From contig JAUZTB010000118.1 of assembly GCA_034780895.1 (NCBI GenBank), positions 72,490,670 through 72,554,669 on the forward strand: a DNA stretch of 64,000 nt, given 5' to 3'. Shown piece by piece: positions 50,009 through 62,539 of the stretch (position 1 is its first letter; every line of letters starts with the position of its first letter). Source of the DNA: Rhynchobatus australiae. Its lineage: Eukaryota. The position numbers and the translations under genes are program-made. Under the pieces are notes generated by a model. The model was not told the DNA's origin, did not search any database, and was given only the letters and a program-made list of their open reading frames with translations.

Positions 50009-52029
50009 TTCAGTCTAAAGAAACTCTTCATATCAATGCCAAAATGTACTTATATACACATAATCAAACAACTTCCTGTCACATGTCAAATCACTATAGC
50101 AAATAAAATCACTAGAGCAAATAAGCTTTAATTAAGCTGTTTAACATGTTAACCATTAGCATGCCAGCAGTTATTAACAATGTTAGTTGTACATATCACA
50201 AAATATTGCTAAACTAAATAGAATGTATAATATCACTATTCTTATCTGATTACAAAGTTCTGTCTTCCACATCATACTACACTTTCTAAGTGTCCTGTTA
50301 TTGCATTGTTTATAATAGATTCTTGCATCATCCACACTACTGATATTCATTTTATTGGTCAGTTAATCTATGATCCCAATTATAATTTGCCTCAGTTTGA
50401 CTGAAGGAGACTTTAATTTGTTTTTATAGACCTTTTACTCTTCAAATGAGGTTGGTGAGCCAGAACATGAAACACCTCTATTCCACTCATGTAGACAACA
50501 AAACTTTTCATCTTTTTTTTAAAGAATGAAAGTTCTTCAGTTGCCTGCAATTTATAATGTTTTGTTAATGGGACTGTTTTCATTCCAACTCTGACAATTA
50601 GATAAAGGTAGACTTAGCAATGGCTGATGATTCATTGTATTTGGTAATCATAATTTGAAAGTCTATGTAGCAATAGTGCATGGCTTTTACAATGGACCAT
50701 TATATATATTCTTGCATTATTTAAAGTAGAAAAGAACTGTGGGTCAATAAATTATCAGGTCATAAGCAAAGCAAAGATATTTAGAACCATATGATTGATT
50801 TTACATCATCATATAATTATAAAATGATGTATAAAATCATCTTTAATTGGTGTAGTATGACTGATAAGAACAATAATCATTGTGGGATAATTCATAAAAT
50901 CAAATAGATCAGTGTTGAATCAGTTTAATAATTATGCAAAAAGTTTACGCCATAAAATATTGTCAATATAAAATTAAAGAATATAAAATGTATAATTTGG
51001 ATGCATGATTTTTAATATATATGAAATATCTCAGTGTTTGCTCAGTCTATAACAATGAGCAGTTTATTCTATAGGACGAACCAATTAAAAAATAATGTTC
51101 CTGAAAGTTTTGACCTCTCTGGATGTTCTATTTACTCCACGTCACTTCTTTATGCTGAATAAATAATCAACAATTGAAAACCATTCCATTTTACTTCACC
51201 TAGCTTTATTAGGTACTCAACTGCATTATGCAAACCATCAACTTTCTTCATTTTATTTCTCTTTGCAAGCTTCCTGCTGGTTTAGAACCACCAGCGCATT
51301 TGAGTATTTACTTCATTTAACAAGAATGCAAACCAACTCAGGTATTTTAATGTTGTTGATGGCACTGATCATTGGCTTCCTTGGATCTGTCAAGGTTGGC
51401 TTACTCCATTGCAAATTCACACATTTGGTGAGCACAATAAAATTTAAGGCCACATTGACTGTAAAAAGAATAGAAGTATTTTCTTCCATGTTATCATCCC
51501 CATGGGTAACATTAGCTCATCAGCGCTCTGGAGTCCAAAACATTATCCAACTTTTACAAACAACTTGCTATTGCACTTCTTTCTAAATGTGTTTCTTTTG
51601 ACAGAATTCTAAATGAATACTAAATCAGTATTTAACATCTTCATTATTTTTATTTTCTTCTGTTCTTAAATGTTTTACAGCCTCAATGATCAAGAATCTT
51701 TTCTTTATATTGTTTTGCACGAGAGCCTTTCTTTCCGATTCCTCTTTTTTTTAACATGTTGCATAGTGATATTATTAGCATGGATAGTTCTTCATCTTAA
51801 AGCTTTTTGAACATCCTCTACATCGGTAGCATCAATGCCGTCTTGTTACTGGATAGGATATGTCAAAAACATGACACACATGCTATTTAAGCCATGGGTG
51901 ACGAGATTGAAAGCAAGTTAATAGCACAAGGCAGTCCTTCAATACTTTCAAATTGTGAGCTGCCCAATGTTGTGTGCAGACACTTCAGTCAAGCAACAGT
52001 GCTCTGGTGGAACTGATGAGTTTTAGGTA

Positions 52030-52925
52030 GATTATGTGACCAGTGGTGTTCCACAGGGATCAGTGCTGGGATCTCTGTTATTTGTGATAATATGGGATAC
52101 TTGGATGAAAATGTAGATGGGTCGGTTAGTAAGTTTGCAGAGGACACAAAAATCGGTAATTGGTGGAGTTGCGGACACTGAGGAAGGTCATCGAGGGATA
52201 CAGCTGGATATAAATCAGTTATAATTATGGGTGGAAAAATGGCAGATGAAGATTAATCCACGCAAGTGTGAGGTGTTGCACTCTGGGAGGTTAAATGTAG
52301 GGGGAAAGTACACAGTTAATGGCAGGACTCTTAGCAGCATTGATGTACAGAGGGATTTTGGGTCCAAGTCCATATCTCCCTGAAAGTGGCAATGCAAGTA
52401 GATAGAGTGGTAAAGTTTGTGTATGGCATGCTTGCCTTCATTGCCAGGGGCATTGAGTCTAAGAGTCAGGAAGTCATGCTGCAGTTGTATAAAACTTTGG
52501 TCAGGCCACACTTGGAGTATATTATGGAGTTCTGGTCACCCCCATTACAGGAAGGATGTGGAGGCTTTGGAGAAGGTTTAGATGAGGATTACCAGGATGC
52601 TGTCTGGATTAGATGGTATTAGCTATAAAAAGNNNATGGACAAGCTTGGATTGTTTTCTCTGGAGCATTGGTGATTGAGGAGAGACCCGATAGAAGTTTA
52701 TAAGATGATGAGAGGCATAGATAGGGTAGATAGCCAAAATCTTTTTCCCAGGATAGAAATGTTGAGTACTAGAGAGCATAACTTTAAGGTGAGAGGGGGA
52801 AATTTTAAAGGGAATAGATGGGGCAAGTTTTTTTTTACAAAGAGTGGTAGCTGCCTGGAGCGCGGTGCCAGGGATGGTAGTGGAAGAAGATACAGTAGTG
52901 GCATTCAAGAGGCTTTTAGATAGGC
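52030..52925 (+). mobile_element. CR1 LINE fragment
   Basis: SGVPQGSVLG; QLYKTLVRPHLEY; IEVYKMMRGIDRVDSQNLFPR. Confidence 0.9.
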
Positions 52926-55502
52926 AGTAAACAGCCCAAAATTTTGCCACAATGCACACCCACTAGAACAAAATTGAACTTGGCTCTAATGGTAACTCAA
53001 AAGTAGGTATAATGCTGCTGAGTATCTAATGAACTATTCTTATATCATTTTCTAGACATTATGACCCTGATTATATACTTAAGAGGACTATTCAAACAAA
53101 AATAACTGCAAGATGTATCCTTTCAAGGTTTATCCTAAGCAGCAACTTGTTTTTAATCATTCAGCTGCTAGTATGACAAGATAAACCTTTAATTAAAATT
53201 GTGACTGTGTTTCCAAATCACACAAATGGGATTTTGGTATTGACCTTTATAATATGTGACATAAAGCAATGAATATCAGGACATGTATTTTAAAGTGTCT
53301 GGAATGGGTTTGTATCAAGATTGCAATAATAAATCCCAAAAATTAAAGAGTCAAAAATGCCATTTGTCTATTACAAAACTTCAGTCAATTCCATAATGAG
53401 TGATGATGGTCTATTCATGGGCTGATAACCTTCAACTCAATAGTCATTTGAAAATCTATTGGATTCATCAAGTTAAAATCTTAATTTCCAATGAGTAAAT
53501 AGGATAATGTAGCCCAGCTATGGAGAACCACATTGAAAATATATGGAACCTGCTCCCTTGGTGAAAGGATTTTAATACGAATAGAACTAAAGTTTGTAAA
53601 CTGAAACTGGTGACAGTTAATGTTTCTCCTTGTTTTCATTACAAAGAAAATCTTGATGGCAGGATTTAAGTGGATTAATGACTCAGCCTCCTTAACTAAC
53701 ATGTTAAAACTTCAATTATATCCATCTGTTAATGAGAAATAATGGAAGGTAAGCTTTATGCAAAAAAAACATCTTGGTCATCTGACGCACCAGACCATGT
53801 CTTGATACATAATGATAAGTTGTGTCAGTGGATGATTATGGAAGCTCTGAACCTGGGATAAAACCATCATAACTATAGAAAGGTTGCTTATTCCTCATAA
53901 ATTAAAAGACTGATTTCAGTTTAAAGTAACAGCACACATTTAATAATTGGAGGAAAAGTTATATTATCCATTAAAATTAATTAACTCAAACAGCACTAAG
54001 AATAATACATTAGCAGTTCAAGCACTTAATTAAAGACAACTTCAGATATCTAACTTTAATATTGGAAATAAACATGACCAGCTTTGTCAAAGGCAATAGA
54101 AAAGTAACCGGGTTAGCAGAATGCTCTCAATATACTGTGTAAAGTCTGTATTATACTTCCTGTTCCTCTCCTTTGTTGAACTTCCGACCTTGAAAACAAT
54201 AGTACACCTATTCAGGGAAGCTGCAGATGCTAAAGGTATTTTTTTAAGTCAGTGAAAAACGTTTGCACCAAAGGATCACTTTACATTACGTGATGAAACT
54301 GTGCACCTTTACAATGTTAGCCCTAAAAGCTACATGATGCTGTCTCTGAAAGTAGACTCGCAATGTGTTTGCATTCCTGGCTACATCCTCAAATAAATCT
54401 AAGCCGGTCTGAACAATTAAAAACAGTCAGCTATCTAAATACAACATAAGGTTGCATTTACGTTGCGATTTTAACGGAGTAAAACAGTTGATGTACATGT
54501 TTAGCACAGTACTAATCATTCATACTCAGCAAAGTGAACAAATGTCACAGTGTACCATAACAAGCCATAAACCGTGATAAATCAAATGATTTCCTGAGTG
54601 TAATATCTGGAATTAATTTACTGAACGGTAAAAGAGAACGTCGTATCGTAGTTTACATGCACTAGACAGTCAATAAAAACAGAACAGAAATACCCCCAAA
54701 AAAGTTTCACCGATTTATTTTTAGCGACTAAATTAAATATTTATTCATAAACTACAATTATCAAGTCACTCAATTCGCCTTTATGGAGTTGCATTAACTC
54801 AGTGTATGTGATTCCACTCTAAGCCTTATTACCTCAACAGCCCCTTGAAGTATCTGGTGTCAATTGTTTTACCTACACAAACACTCAGCCTACTCAGTTA
54901 CTCATCCTATAGTTCCTAAAAATGGCGTTTTTATCACTGCAGTTTTAATGTTCTTTTGTCCATATTGTCTAAAAGCATTCTTGGCCCTTGAAACATCTCT
55001 GTTGCAGTTGTCATTCTATGTCGGATTTGAGATCTATTCATCTCCAGAGTGTTCAGTAAACGTCCTCTGACGTGTTTCAGACCCATTTGTTTTAAAAAGA
55101 AAACTGGGGAAAGTGGCTGCGTTGAAGTATCGAGCGCAGCATGTCAGAAGACAGCTGGCTGGCACGAACTCCAGATGTACAGTGCCTGGATCCTCTGTCA
55201 TTTCGAGGTTTTAATCACACTTGGGTCCCAAACCAATGCTGGGCTGCATGTTCATTAATTCGTTCCTGACTCCTCCTTAATCTAACATTTCGGCCATGAG
55301 TTGCCTCCGAAGGCCAAGCAAATGCACTAACTATTCATCGCATCCACTCGGAAACCGCTCAAAGCCAGTGTGCTTACAGCAGTCTCAAAAACACACACAC
55401 AAGGCGCTCACTGATCAATGGCACAAGAGATTCTGATCAGTTCCTGCTTGGTGACTTTATCTTCAGAATTTCCCCGTTGTGTTGTGAACACAAGTAGCAG
55501 TG

Positions 55503-55542
55503 AAGCTCCTCGATGAATTAGCAAAGCTCCTCGATGAATTAG
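55503..55542. repeat. 21-bp period tandem duplication
   Basis: aagctcctcgatgaattag occurs twice. Confidence 0.85.
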
Positions 55543-56533
55543 TAGCAACACGGTCGCATGAATTAAGGAATGTCACGTTTAACTCTGTCATTACCAGATG
55601 AAATGAAATCTCTTCTCCTAACATAAATCGCCACCAACCACCACCGCAAGAGAAGGTTGACATTGTTTTGACAATTTAAAATTGGTTACATAACTAATCA
55701 TGGGCGTTGATGATCACTTCGTAGGTCAATTAATCTTACTTTGAAGATTGAGTTGTAGATTTGAGAGAGAAATTAATTTCTGCAGGAATACTGCCTTCTA
55801 AAGGAAAGTATTGTAAATCATACTGGGTGTGCATTTATGTGAACTAAATTCACATGGTTTAACTGTTATAGATAGGATTACACATACTTCATTCAAGAAT
55901 ATTTTTGACAAGCCACCGTTATCCAGCTTCAGTTAATCCCCTGCGGTACCATTCGACTGTGCAATAAATTGTTGAATTGTATAGTTACTGGATCAATGAG
56001 GGATCCAAGAATTACTGGGTACGTATCTGATTCTAAGACAGAATTTTCCACTTCTTTTGAGTACTAACAGGACGGGATCAGAAGTACTAGCTACAAGTTA
56101 TTATAGTGTTTTTTTTAACTGCCGGACGTGTGAATGGAATGGCAGGGGGAGCTGACATTAAAACAGACGCCTGTCTGTTACTCACAGCTCAGCAGGGAAA
56201 GATTTCGCGCAAATCTCAGCCGGTGGTGGAGGATTAGCAGAGAATTACATCGTGTTATCCTTCGGGCCATGCCAGATTTTTTTTATCCGGAGGAGGTGGG
56301 GGGCGGGTGGAGGTGGTCAGGGAAATTACAAGTTGCAAAATGCAGACAAGCCTATAATCTGCAGCATTGGGCAATATTTACAGAAGTGGCAGATACTCTT
56401 ACAATTGGTCCTCTCTCCTCCAATGCAGCGCATTCAACAAATGGATTTGCCCCAAAGGAATCATACACCCCCTTTGCAAATTCCCAATATGCTTGATGTA
56501 TCCACATTTTACTCTCTCCTAAACATTGCTTAC

Positions 56534-56665
56534 CTCTTTGAGTTCTTTCGCCACGTCCTTTAAATCGCCCAGGACTAACTCCAAATCGTCTACAATAGTC
56601 TTGATCTGTTCTTTTACCTTTGCCTTACAGGCTGCGCCCTCCGGTTGCTTTGAGTTCCCTGACAT
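56534..56665 (-). CDS. PRR16: PRR16 (Largen) first coding exon, 44 codons, phase-0 donor
   Basis: Reverse complement reads MSGNSKQPEGAACKAKVKEQIKTIVDDLELVLGDLKDVAKELKE followed by GAG|gtaagc. This matches the recalled human PRR16 N-terminus (KTKVKEQIKIIVEDLELVLGDLKDVAKELKE), whose first exon ends at the same residue. The ATG has A at -3 and lies in a CpG island. Confidence 0.93.
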
Positions 56666-56850
56666 TATTCGAGCGCGGTCAAAACGGCACCGAGGATCAG
56701 GATCTCGTACCGGGCGCGCCCTGCCCCATGATCTTCCTGCCTTCTTGCCGCCTCTGACTCAGTCTCCGCGCCTCTTGCCATCAACCCAGTGTAACTGCGG
56801 GCTCCCAAGGACTGCGGAAATCTCGCCAGTACGCCTGCGTCAGTGTGCAT
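56665..56850 (-). other. Candidate upstream ORF (61 aa; 38 aa from internal ATG at 56781) whose TAA overlaps the PRR16 ATG
   Basis: ORF track 56665..56850 (-). The minus-strand junction reads GAA TAA TG TCA. Whether it is transcribed is unknown. Confidence 0.45.
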
Positions 56851-57850
56851 GGCAAATTAGAAACACCAAAAAATGTGTAAGTAAATATTATTCCAACCTG
56901 GTTTTGATTAAAACCATCCCGCATTTGCTGACTAATACCACCCGTGCCTCCTCGGAATTAAAGGACGCCAGTGTTTCTCCCCTGCAAACTCTCCCTGGTT
57001 TGAAATGAGACGGGTAGATCCAATCGTCTGTACATCCATAGTATCCCCTCTCTTTCCTGTGGTGTGGAGGACGGAGCCGCCGCGACCCGTTCCACGCTTG
57101 TTTCCTGCTCTTTGCACGTTGTGTAAAAGCGCAAAGGCGATTCAGTTCCCAGCCAGCGGAGAAGCGGAGGTGGACGGAGGAACCTGGGAACGTCTCAGTC
57201 AGGTCTATCAAGGGGTCTGGGTGTTGGGAAAGGGAAGGGGAAGGGGACTGGTGGGGAGAACTGTCCGGGAATCCGTGCTCTTGTCCAATTTCAGCGCGCT
57301 CTGACGTTCAGAAAGCAAAGAAAGTGACCGGAGTCGTATTCATCGGGAAGGTGGCGGCTCAGCTCGGCTGCCGTGGGTTAGACCAGGGAATAGCCCGTCA
57401 GATAATGTACGCACGAACACAAGCAGTTGGATACAAATGGCAGAGATCCGCCAACGGGATAAGGCAAGAAGGGAGAGGGACAATGTCTAACTTCTCCGGG
57501 CTTGTGGAGAACTTAGCTTTTCAGATGTCGAATGCGAACAGACCACACGCCGACTTGGCGTCGCAGTTGGTCGAGTTGAACTTTGCAAAGTAATAAACGG
57601 GAAGTGGTGGTGAACTTCTGCGGGTTTCTAACTGTGTGATAGTCTCAACCTTCCGATTCAATGGCTCTTGGAGTGGGGCCACGCTGTACTGCAGAGTGGA
57701 CCTTTCATTACTCTACCCACACCCCTCCGCCCCATATACAGACTTACCAGCACTACCACTCTCTCAAACACACCAGGCGCCCAGCAGACACCAGCCCTGT
57801 GATACATCGCCCTATACACATGTAACACCCACACACATCCCAGGCCACAC

Positions 57851-58311
57851 GGAGACCACACCCTAACACACACATCCCCTCCTCACACATACCACACCCC
57901 CCATGGAGACCACACCCTAACATTTAATAACCCCACACACAACCCACCCACACACATCGCATCCCCTGTAGAGACCACACCCTAACATGTATCCCCCCCC
58001 CACACACACAACCCACCACACACATCATATCCCCAACGGAGACCACACACTAACATGTATCCCCCTCACACACACACACACACACACATCACATCCCCCA
58101 CGGAGACCACGCACTAACATGTATCCCCCTCACACACAGACACACACACACACACATCACATCCCCCACGGAGACCACACCCTAACGTATCCCCCCCTCA
58201 CACACACACACACACCACCCACACACATGACAGCCCCCACGGAGACTACCCCTAACATATATCGCCCCCCCCCCGCACATACACACCCTCAATCAAACAT
58301 CACCTCTACAC
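57851..58311. repeat. Minisatellite, about 7 units of ~54-71 bp, running into a gap
   Basis: Recurrent GGAGACCACACCCTAACATGTATCCCCC core at ~57851, 57905, 57970, 58038, 58102, 58170 and 58241, each followed by a variable (CA)n/C-rich tract. Confidence 0.9.
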
Positions 58312-61300
58312 NNNNNNNNNNNNNNNNNNNNNNNNNNNNNNNNNNNNNNNNNNNNNNNNNNNNNNNNNNNNNNNNNNNNNNNNNNNNNNNNNNNNNNNNN
58401 NNNNNNNNNNNNNNNNNNNNNNNNNNNNNNNNNNNNNNNNNNNNNNNNNNNNNNNNNNNNNNNNNNNNNNNNNNNNNNNNNNNNNNNNNNNNNNNNNNNN
58501 NNNNNNNNNNNNNNNNNNNNNNNNNNNNNNNNNNNNNNNNNNNNNNNNNNNNNCCTCCCCTTCCTATTCCCCACACCCCCACACACTACCACCCTCCTTC
58601 TCCCTGTCTGCCCTCTCCCCCATCAGCTCTGGCGGGGTCAGGACACAAGAAGAGTCGCCGCCCTCTCCACCCTTCGTTCCCCGGGACCCTCACGCCCCGT
58701 AACCCGCATGGTGGAAACGGCTTCCGACAGCATCTGTGGGATGGAATGAAATCTCACATGGACGTGGAAGAGGGAGCGCTGCGGTGTGAGGGACCGCGCG
58801 TCAAAGCGAGCAAGAGGTGGGGCGTTGGAGAAGTACTCGGAGCCCGATGAAGGCAAACTGTGGCCATTGCTAACCGCACAGAATTTCCAACCGAAGCCTC
58901 AGCACCGATATCAAAGAAATCCATTATATATATATTTAAGGACACGTTGCCTTAGTCCACCTACTTCCCCAGTTGGAGTGCGAGACTTGTGATTGTACCG
59001 TGGTCATTCTACACCACCACCCCTCCCCACTGTTGACTTGTTCTGATCACTCTCCAGGAGAAATAGTTAACTGCCCCCACGTTGCCCCCAACCCGCGGCT
59101 CCACCGAACCGGGACTAAGAGGACGTGTTTCTGCGCTTCTGCAGAACATGAGCTGGAGAACACATTCTTGTTCACAAGTAGTGATTGAATGCGATTGTCA
59201 GCTCGCTCCGTCCCGTGAATCGTGCAGCCAGTGCGGGGATTATCGAAACATCTGTTCGGAGCAAGACTTTTGCTACTGAATGTCAACGGGTTTTCATTTG
59301 CCGGGGTTGCTGCCTGATAAGACGCCAAAGGTGGCGTCAAGTAAATGACTGAACTATGAAGCAAAGGTTCATACACAGTACCTATATCTCCGTTTCTTTT
59401 AACAGAGGCTACCCCTGTATTTCAGATGCCTACCTGTGTAGCGAGGCTCAACCAGTAGAAGCGATTTATTTTTTTTCTGGCAGCACCTCACTATTCCTGT
59501 CACATCCCAGCCAGGGGCAAGTCCCGTGACTGCAGGTTCTTTGAGCAACTGTTCTTTAAACCGTGAACGCGGGCAAGCAACTTCCTAATCCGGTGGGAGG
59601 GGGGGGGGGGAATAAATGCATAAATTGAGAAGTTAAACCTCCTGTGGTTTGATCGGACAGGAGTTACATTACAGCGGGCACACCCCACTCTGCGAGTTCC
59701 AGTTCAGCCGCGACCTGATTCCAGTGTGAGTGCAGCCCTGGCACACACCCATGTTATGGAGCTGAAGTTGTATTATGGAGAAAGACGGGACAGACAACGC
59801 AATCCAGAAAAAAAATCATTTATCATTTATGAATAATATTCATTCTAAAACAGGTTGTGTAACAGACACTTTTCAACGACAGTATACATACTAAGTATAT
59901 AGCCTAGGTGTCGCTCTTCTGGNNNNNNNNNNNNNNNNNNNNNNNCCTATGTTTTTCATGTCGGGCTTCTGGATCAGGATGTACAAACTACGTGAAGCAC
60001 TTCAGACTATTACATCTCATATCTGCCTTTCCGGCCAGCTTTTGAAATGTTTATATAGGACTTTTAATGGGCGGACCAGAAAATGTCACAATAAAACAAT
60101 CAGTATTGGAAATTGCAAAAAGGCAGTGTCACCCGACGGAGGTGATTTTTGTAAATGTCTCAAAGAATGGCTATTAGCTGAAAACGAGCACACGCTGTGG
60201 GTACTTCAGTGAGTGAAGAAAGCAGAGGGAGATTTCGGGATGTTTACTCCCATCATGTTGTCCGTTATAAAAGTTAAACCTGGGGATCGTTTTACAAGTG
60301 GTTCAATTCGTAGGAAACGGCGTCTGACTCGAATTTCAGTGAACCAGACTGTTCTCCAACAGAGGCTGCACGTGATAATCACCAACAGATGGTAAAGTGA
60401 TTTACGTGGATATTTTTAAGGTCTCCCTGCTGCTTCCGTCAGATCCCACGTTGCAACAACAGACATGAATTGTTTTGCTTGTATCCCTCCAAGGATGTCG
60501 TCATTGGAAAGGACAGGCGAACAGCCTTATGCTGTCAGAACGTCCCAGTGCCTCTCAATGTTACATGTAAATATTACGTCAGACACTTTACGCTTAACCA
60601 TCATCTGATGCCACTCGCACGGGGTGGGGTGAGTGTGGTTGAAGAGAAACGTTGCTCAGATGGTCATGCACCGGCCAGGCTACCGAGCGGAGAGCAACAC
60701 TGCGGGGGTGGGTCGGGGAACAGTCCGGGCTTGATCCTCGCAGAATGCCGCAGCTATTATGGGCAGCAACCCAGTTTTCGATGTGTGAAAGACACCTCAG
60801 CACTGACGTGCTGTATAATCCGATATGAAAACAGAAATATATACCCTTAAAACAAGAGGTGCTGCAGCAAAAAAAAAATCAGCTTCAAAATGAACGGGAC
60901 ACTGTTCTCTCGTAAATGTACTTCTCACTGTACTCTTGGAATCCTGTAATAATATTCATTAGAAATGGTAATATGAGGAATATTTTTAAAAAGGCTTCAA
61001 AATGAATTCGATCCATTAATTAGAGCAGTTCGTCATCTTTAGTCAGACTTACTCCCAGCNNNNNNNNNNNNNNNNNNNNNNNNNNNNNNNNNNNNNNNNN
61101 NNNNNNNNNNNNNNNNNNNNNNNNNNNNNNNNNNNNNNNNNNNNNNNNNNNNNNNNNNNNNNNNNNNNNNNNNNNNNNNNNNNNNNNNNNNNNNNNNNNN
61201 NNNNNNNNNNNNNNNNNNNNNNNNNNNNNNNNNNNNNNNNNNNNNNNNNNNNNNNNNNNNNNNNNNNNNNNNNNNNNNNNNNNNNNNNNNNNNNNNNNNN

Positions 61301-61927
61301 NNNNNNNNNNNNNNNNNNNNNNNNNNNNNNNNNNNNNNNNNNNNNNNNNNNNNNNNNNNNNNNNNNNNNNNNNNNNNNNNNNNNNNNNNNNNNCAAGGAG
61401 ACGAGGGGGGGGGGTGTTTTCCACAAGCCAGTGGTGGAGGGGAACAAGTTGAAGAGCAACACTTGGTGCTCTGTGTTTTATCTCACTTCTTTCTTCACCT
61501 GAAGTTACTGTGGCATTGGCCGCACTGTCATTTTGACAGTAACTGGCAGGTCACTGTTAGCAAAGAAGAGTTTTGTCAAACACTTGTCCTTCCAGAATTG
61601 AATCCCTTGTGAGATCGAAGTATCTGATTCATGCAAAACATTTTAACTAACAGTCTTTCATCATATACTTTCAGTTTATATCTTTAGTTCATATCAACAA
61701 GTATATGCTTTCCTTATGATGGGCTAAACAAACAGAATTTATGTCAATTAAAACCATTTCCTGAAAGTATTCCTTGATTAACTGTAAATTCACTATGCAC
61801 CACTACAGTTTATAATTTTTAGTGACAAGGATTCTGTTGATTAAGAATTGAAATAGTGAAATCAAGTGATCACACTGTTTCAGGCAAGGTGCAAAGTTCC
61901 TGAAATAACTGGCTTTGCTCTAATATA

Positions 61928-61943
61928 CCACCAGAGGGCTGCA
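61928..61943 (+). promoter_or_regulatory. Candidate CTCF motif
   Basis: CCACCAGAGGGCTGCA resembles the CTCF core CCACCAGRGGGCGC; motif match only. Confidence 0.4.
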
Positions 61944-62344
61944 ATGAGTAAAGCCTAATGCAAGGTCATACAATCTCAGCTAAAGCAAATTTCTGATTAA
62001 TTTCAAAAATGCAAGTCCCTCTTTTGAAGTAGTTTTATATTTTAAGTTTCAATAAAATCTTTTTAGGCAGGCCCTGAAGATGCAAGATAATTTGCTTCTG
62101 CTCTACTTCTCTGGGTCCTGAGGTGGTTATGTCCAATGCAGGATCTGAAGACCTTGATTGAGATGAGGCAGGTAATACTTGATGATGGGGGTGCATGTGT
62201 TGTTTGGGATATCATTATTTTTTTTCCTGCTAATTCTGCATAGCCTTCACATGCTTCCATTATAGAAACTCAGGGCACCTAATACCTTCCCAAATGTTCC
62301 TTCATTGTGAGCAGTCGCAGGTCTGGCTTTCTCATGAGTCTGAA

Positions 62345-62520
62345 TGGGTGGTAGTGGAGGCAGATATGTTGGACAAGTTCAAGAGGTCGTTGGATAGGCA
62401 TATGGAGGAATGTGGGATAGAGGGATATGCGGGAGGAATAGGTTAGACAGTGTGAAGTGTGGTTTGATGGGCAGCACAACACGGTGGGCCGAAGGGCCTG
62501 TATTGTGCTGTATGGTCCTA
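62345..62520 (+). mobile_element. CR1 3' UTR fragment
   Basis: Closely similar to 32080-32225. Confidence 0.8.
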
Positions 62521-62539
62521 TGGAAAGATATTTCATGTT

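Larger units (their letters stand above)
56120..57620. promoter_or_regulatory. CpG island / PRR16 promoter and 5' UTR region
   Basis: Marked CpG and GC enrichment compared with the CpG-depleted intron, spanning the PRR16 start codon. CRE-like TGACGCA on the minus strand at 56836-56842. Confidence 0.75.

Noticed and set aside
56526-57008. 160-aa plus-strand ORF in the CpG island
   Set aside because: It is the antisense shadow of the PRR16 exon in GC-rich, stop-poor DNA, with no recognisable homology.
57851-58311. Repeat-spacer appearance resembling a CRISPR array
   Set aside because: Vertebrate context, the spacers are mutually related low-complexity CA/C tracts of variable length, and there are no cas genes. 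It is a minisatellite.
57987-58850. 287-aa Pro/His/Thr-rich ORF
   Set aside because: It is the translation of the minisatellite read through an N gap.
59321-59338. Small palindrome GACGCCA-AAGG-TGGCGTC with weak CTCF resemblance
   Set aside because: A 7-bp stem is expected by chance in 64 kb, and the 5' half matches the CTCF core poorly.
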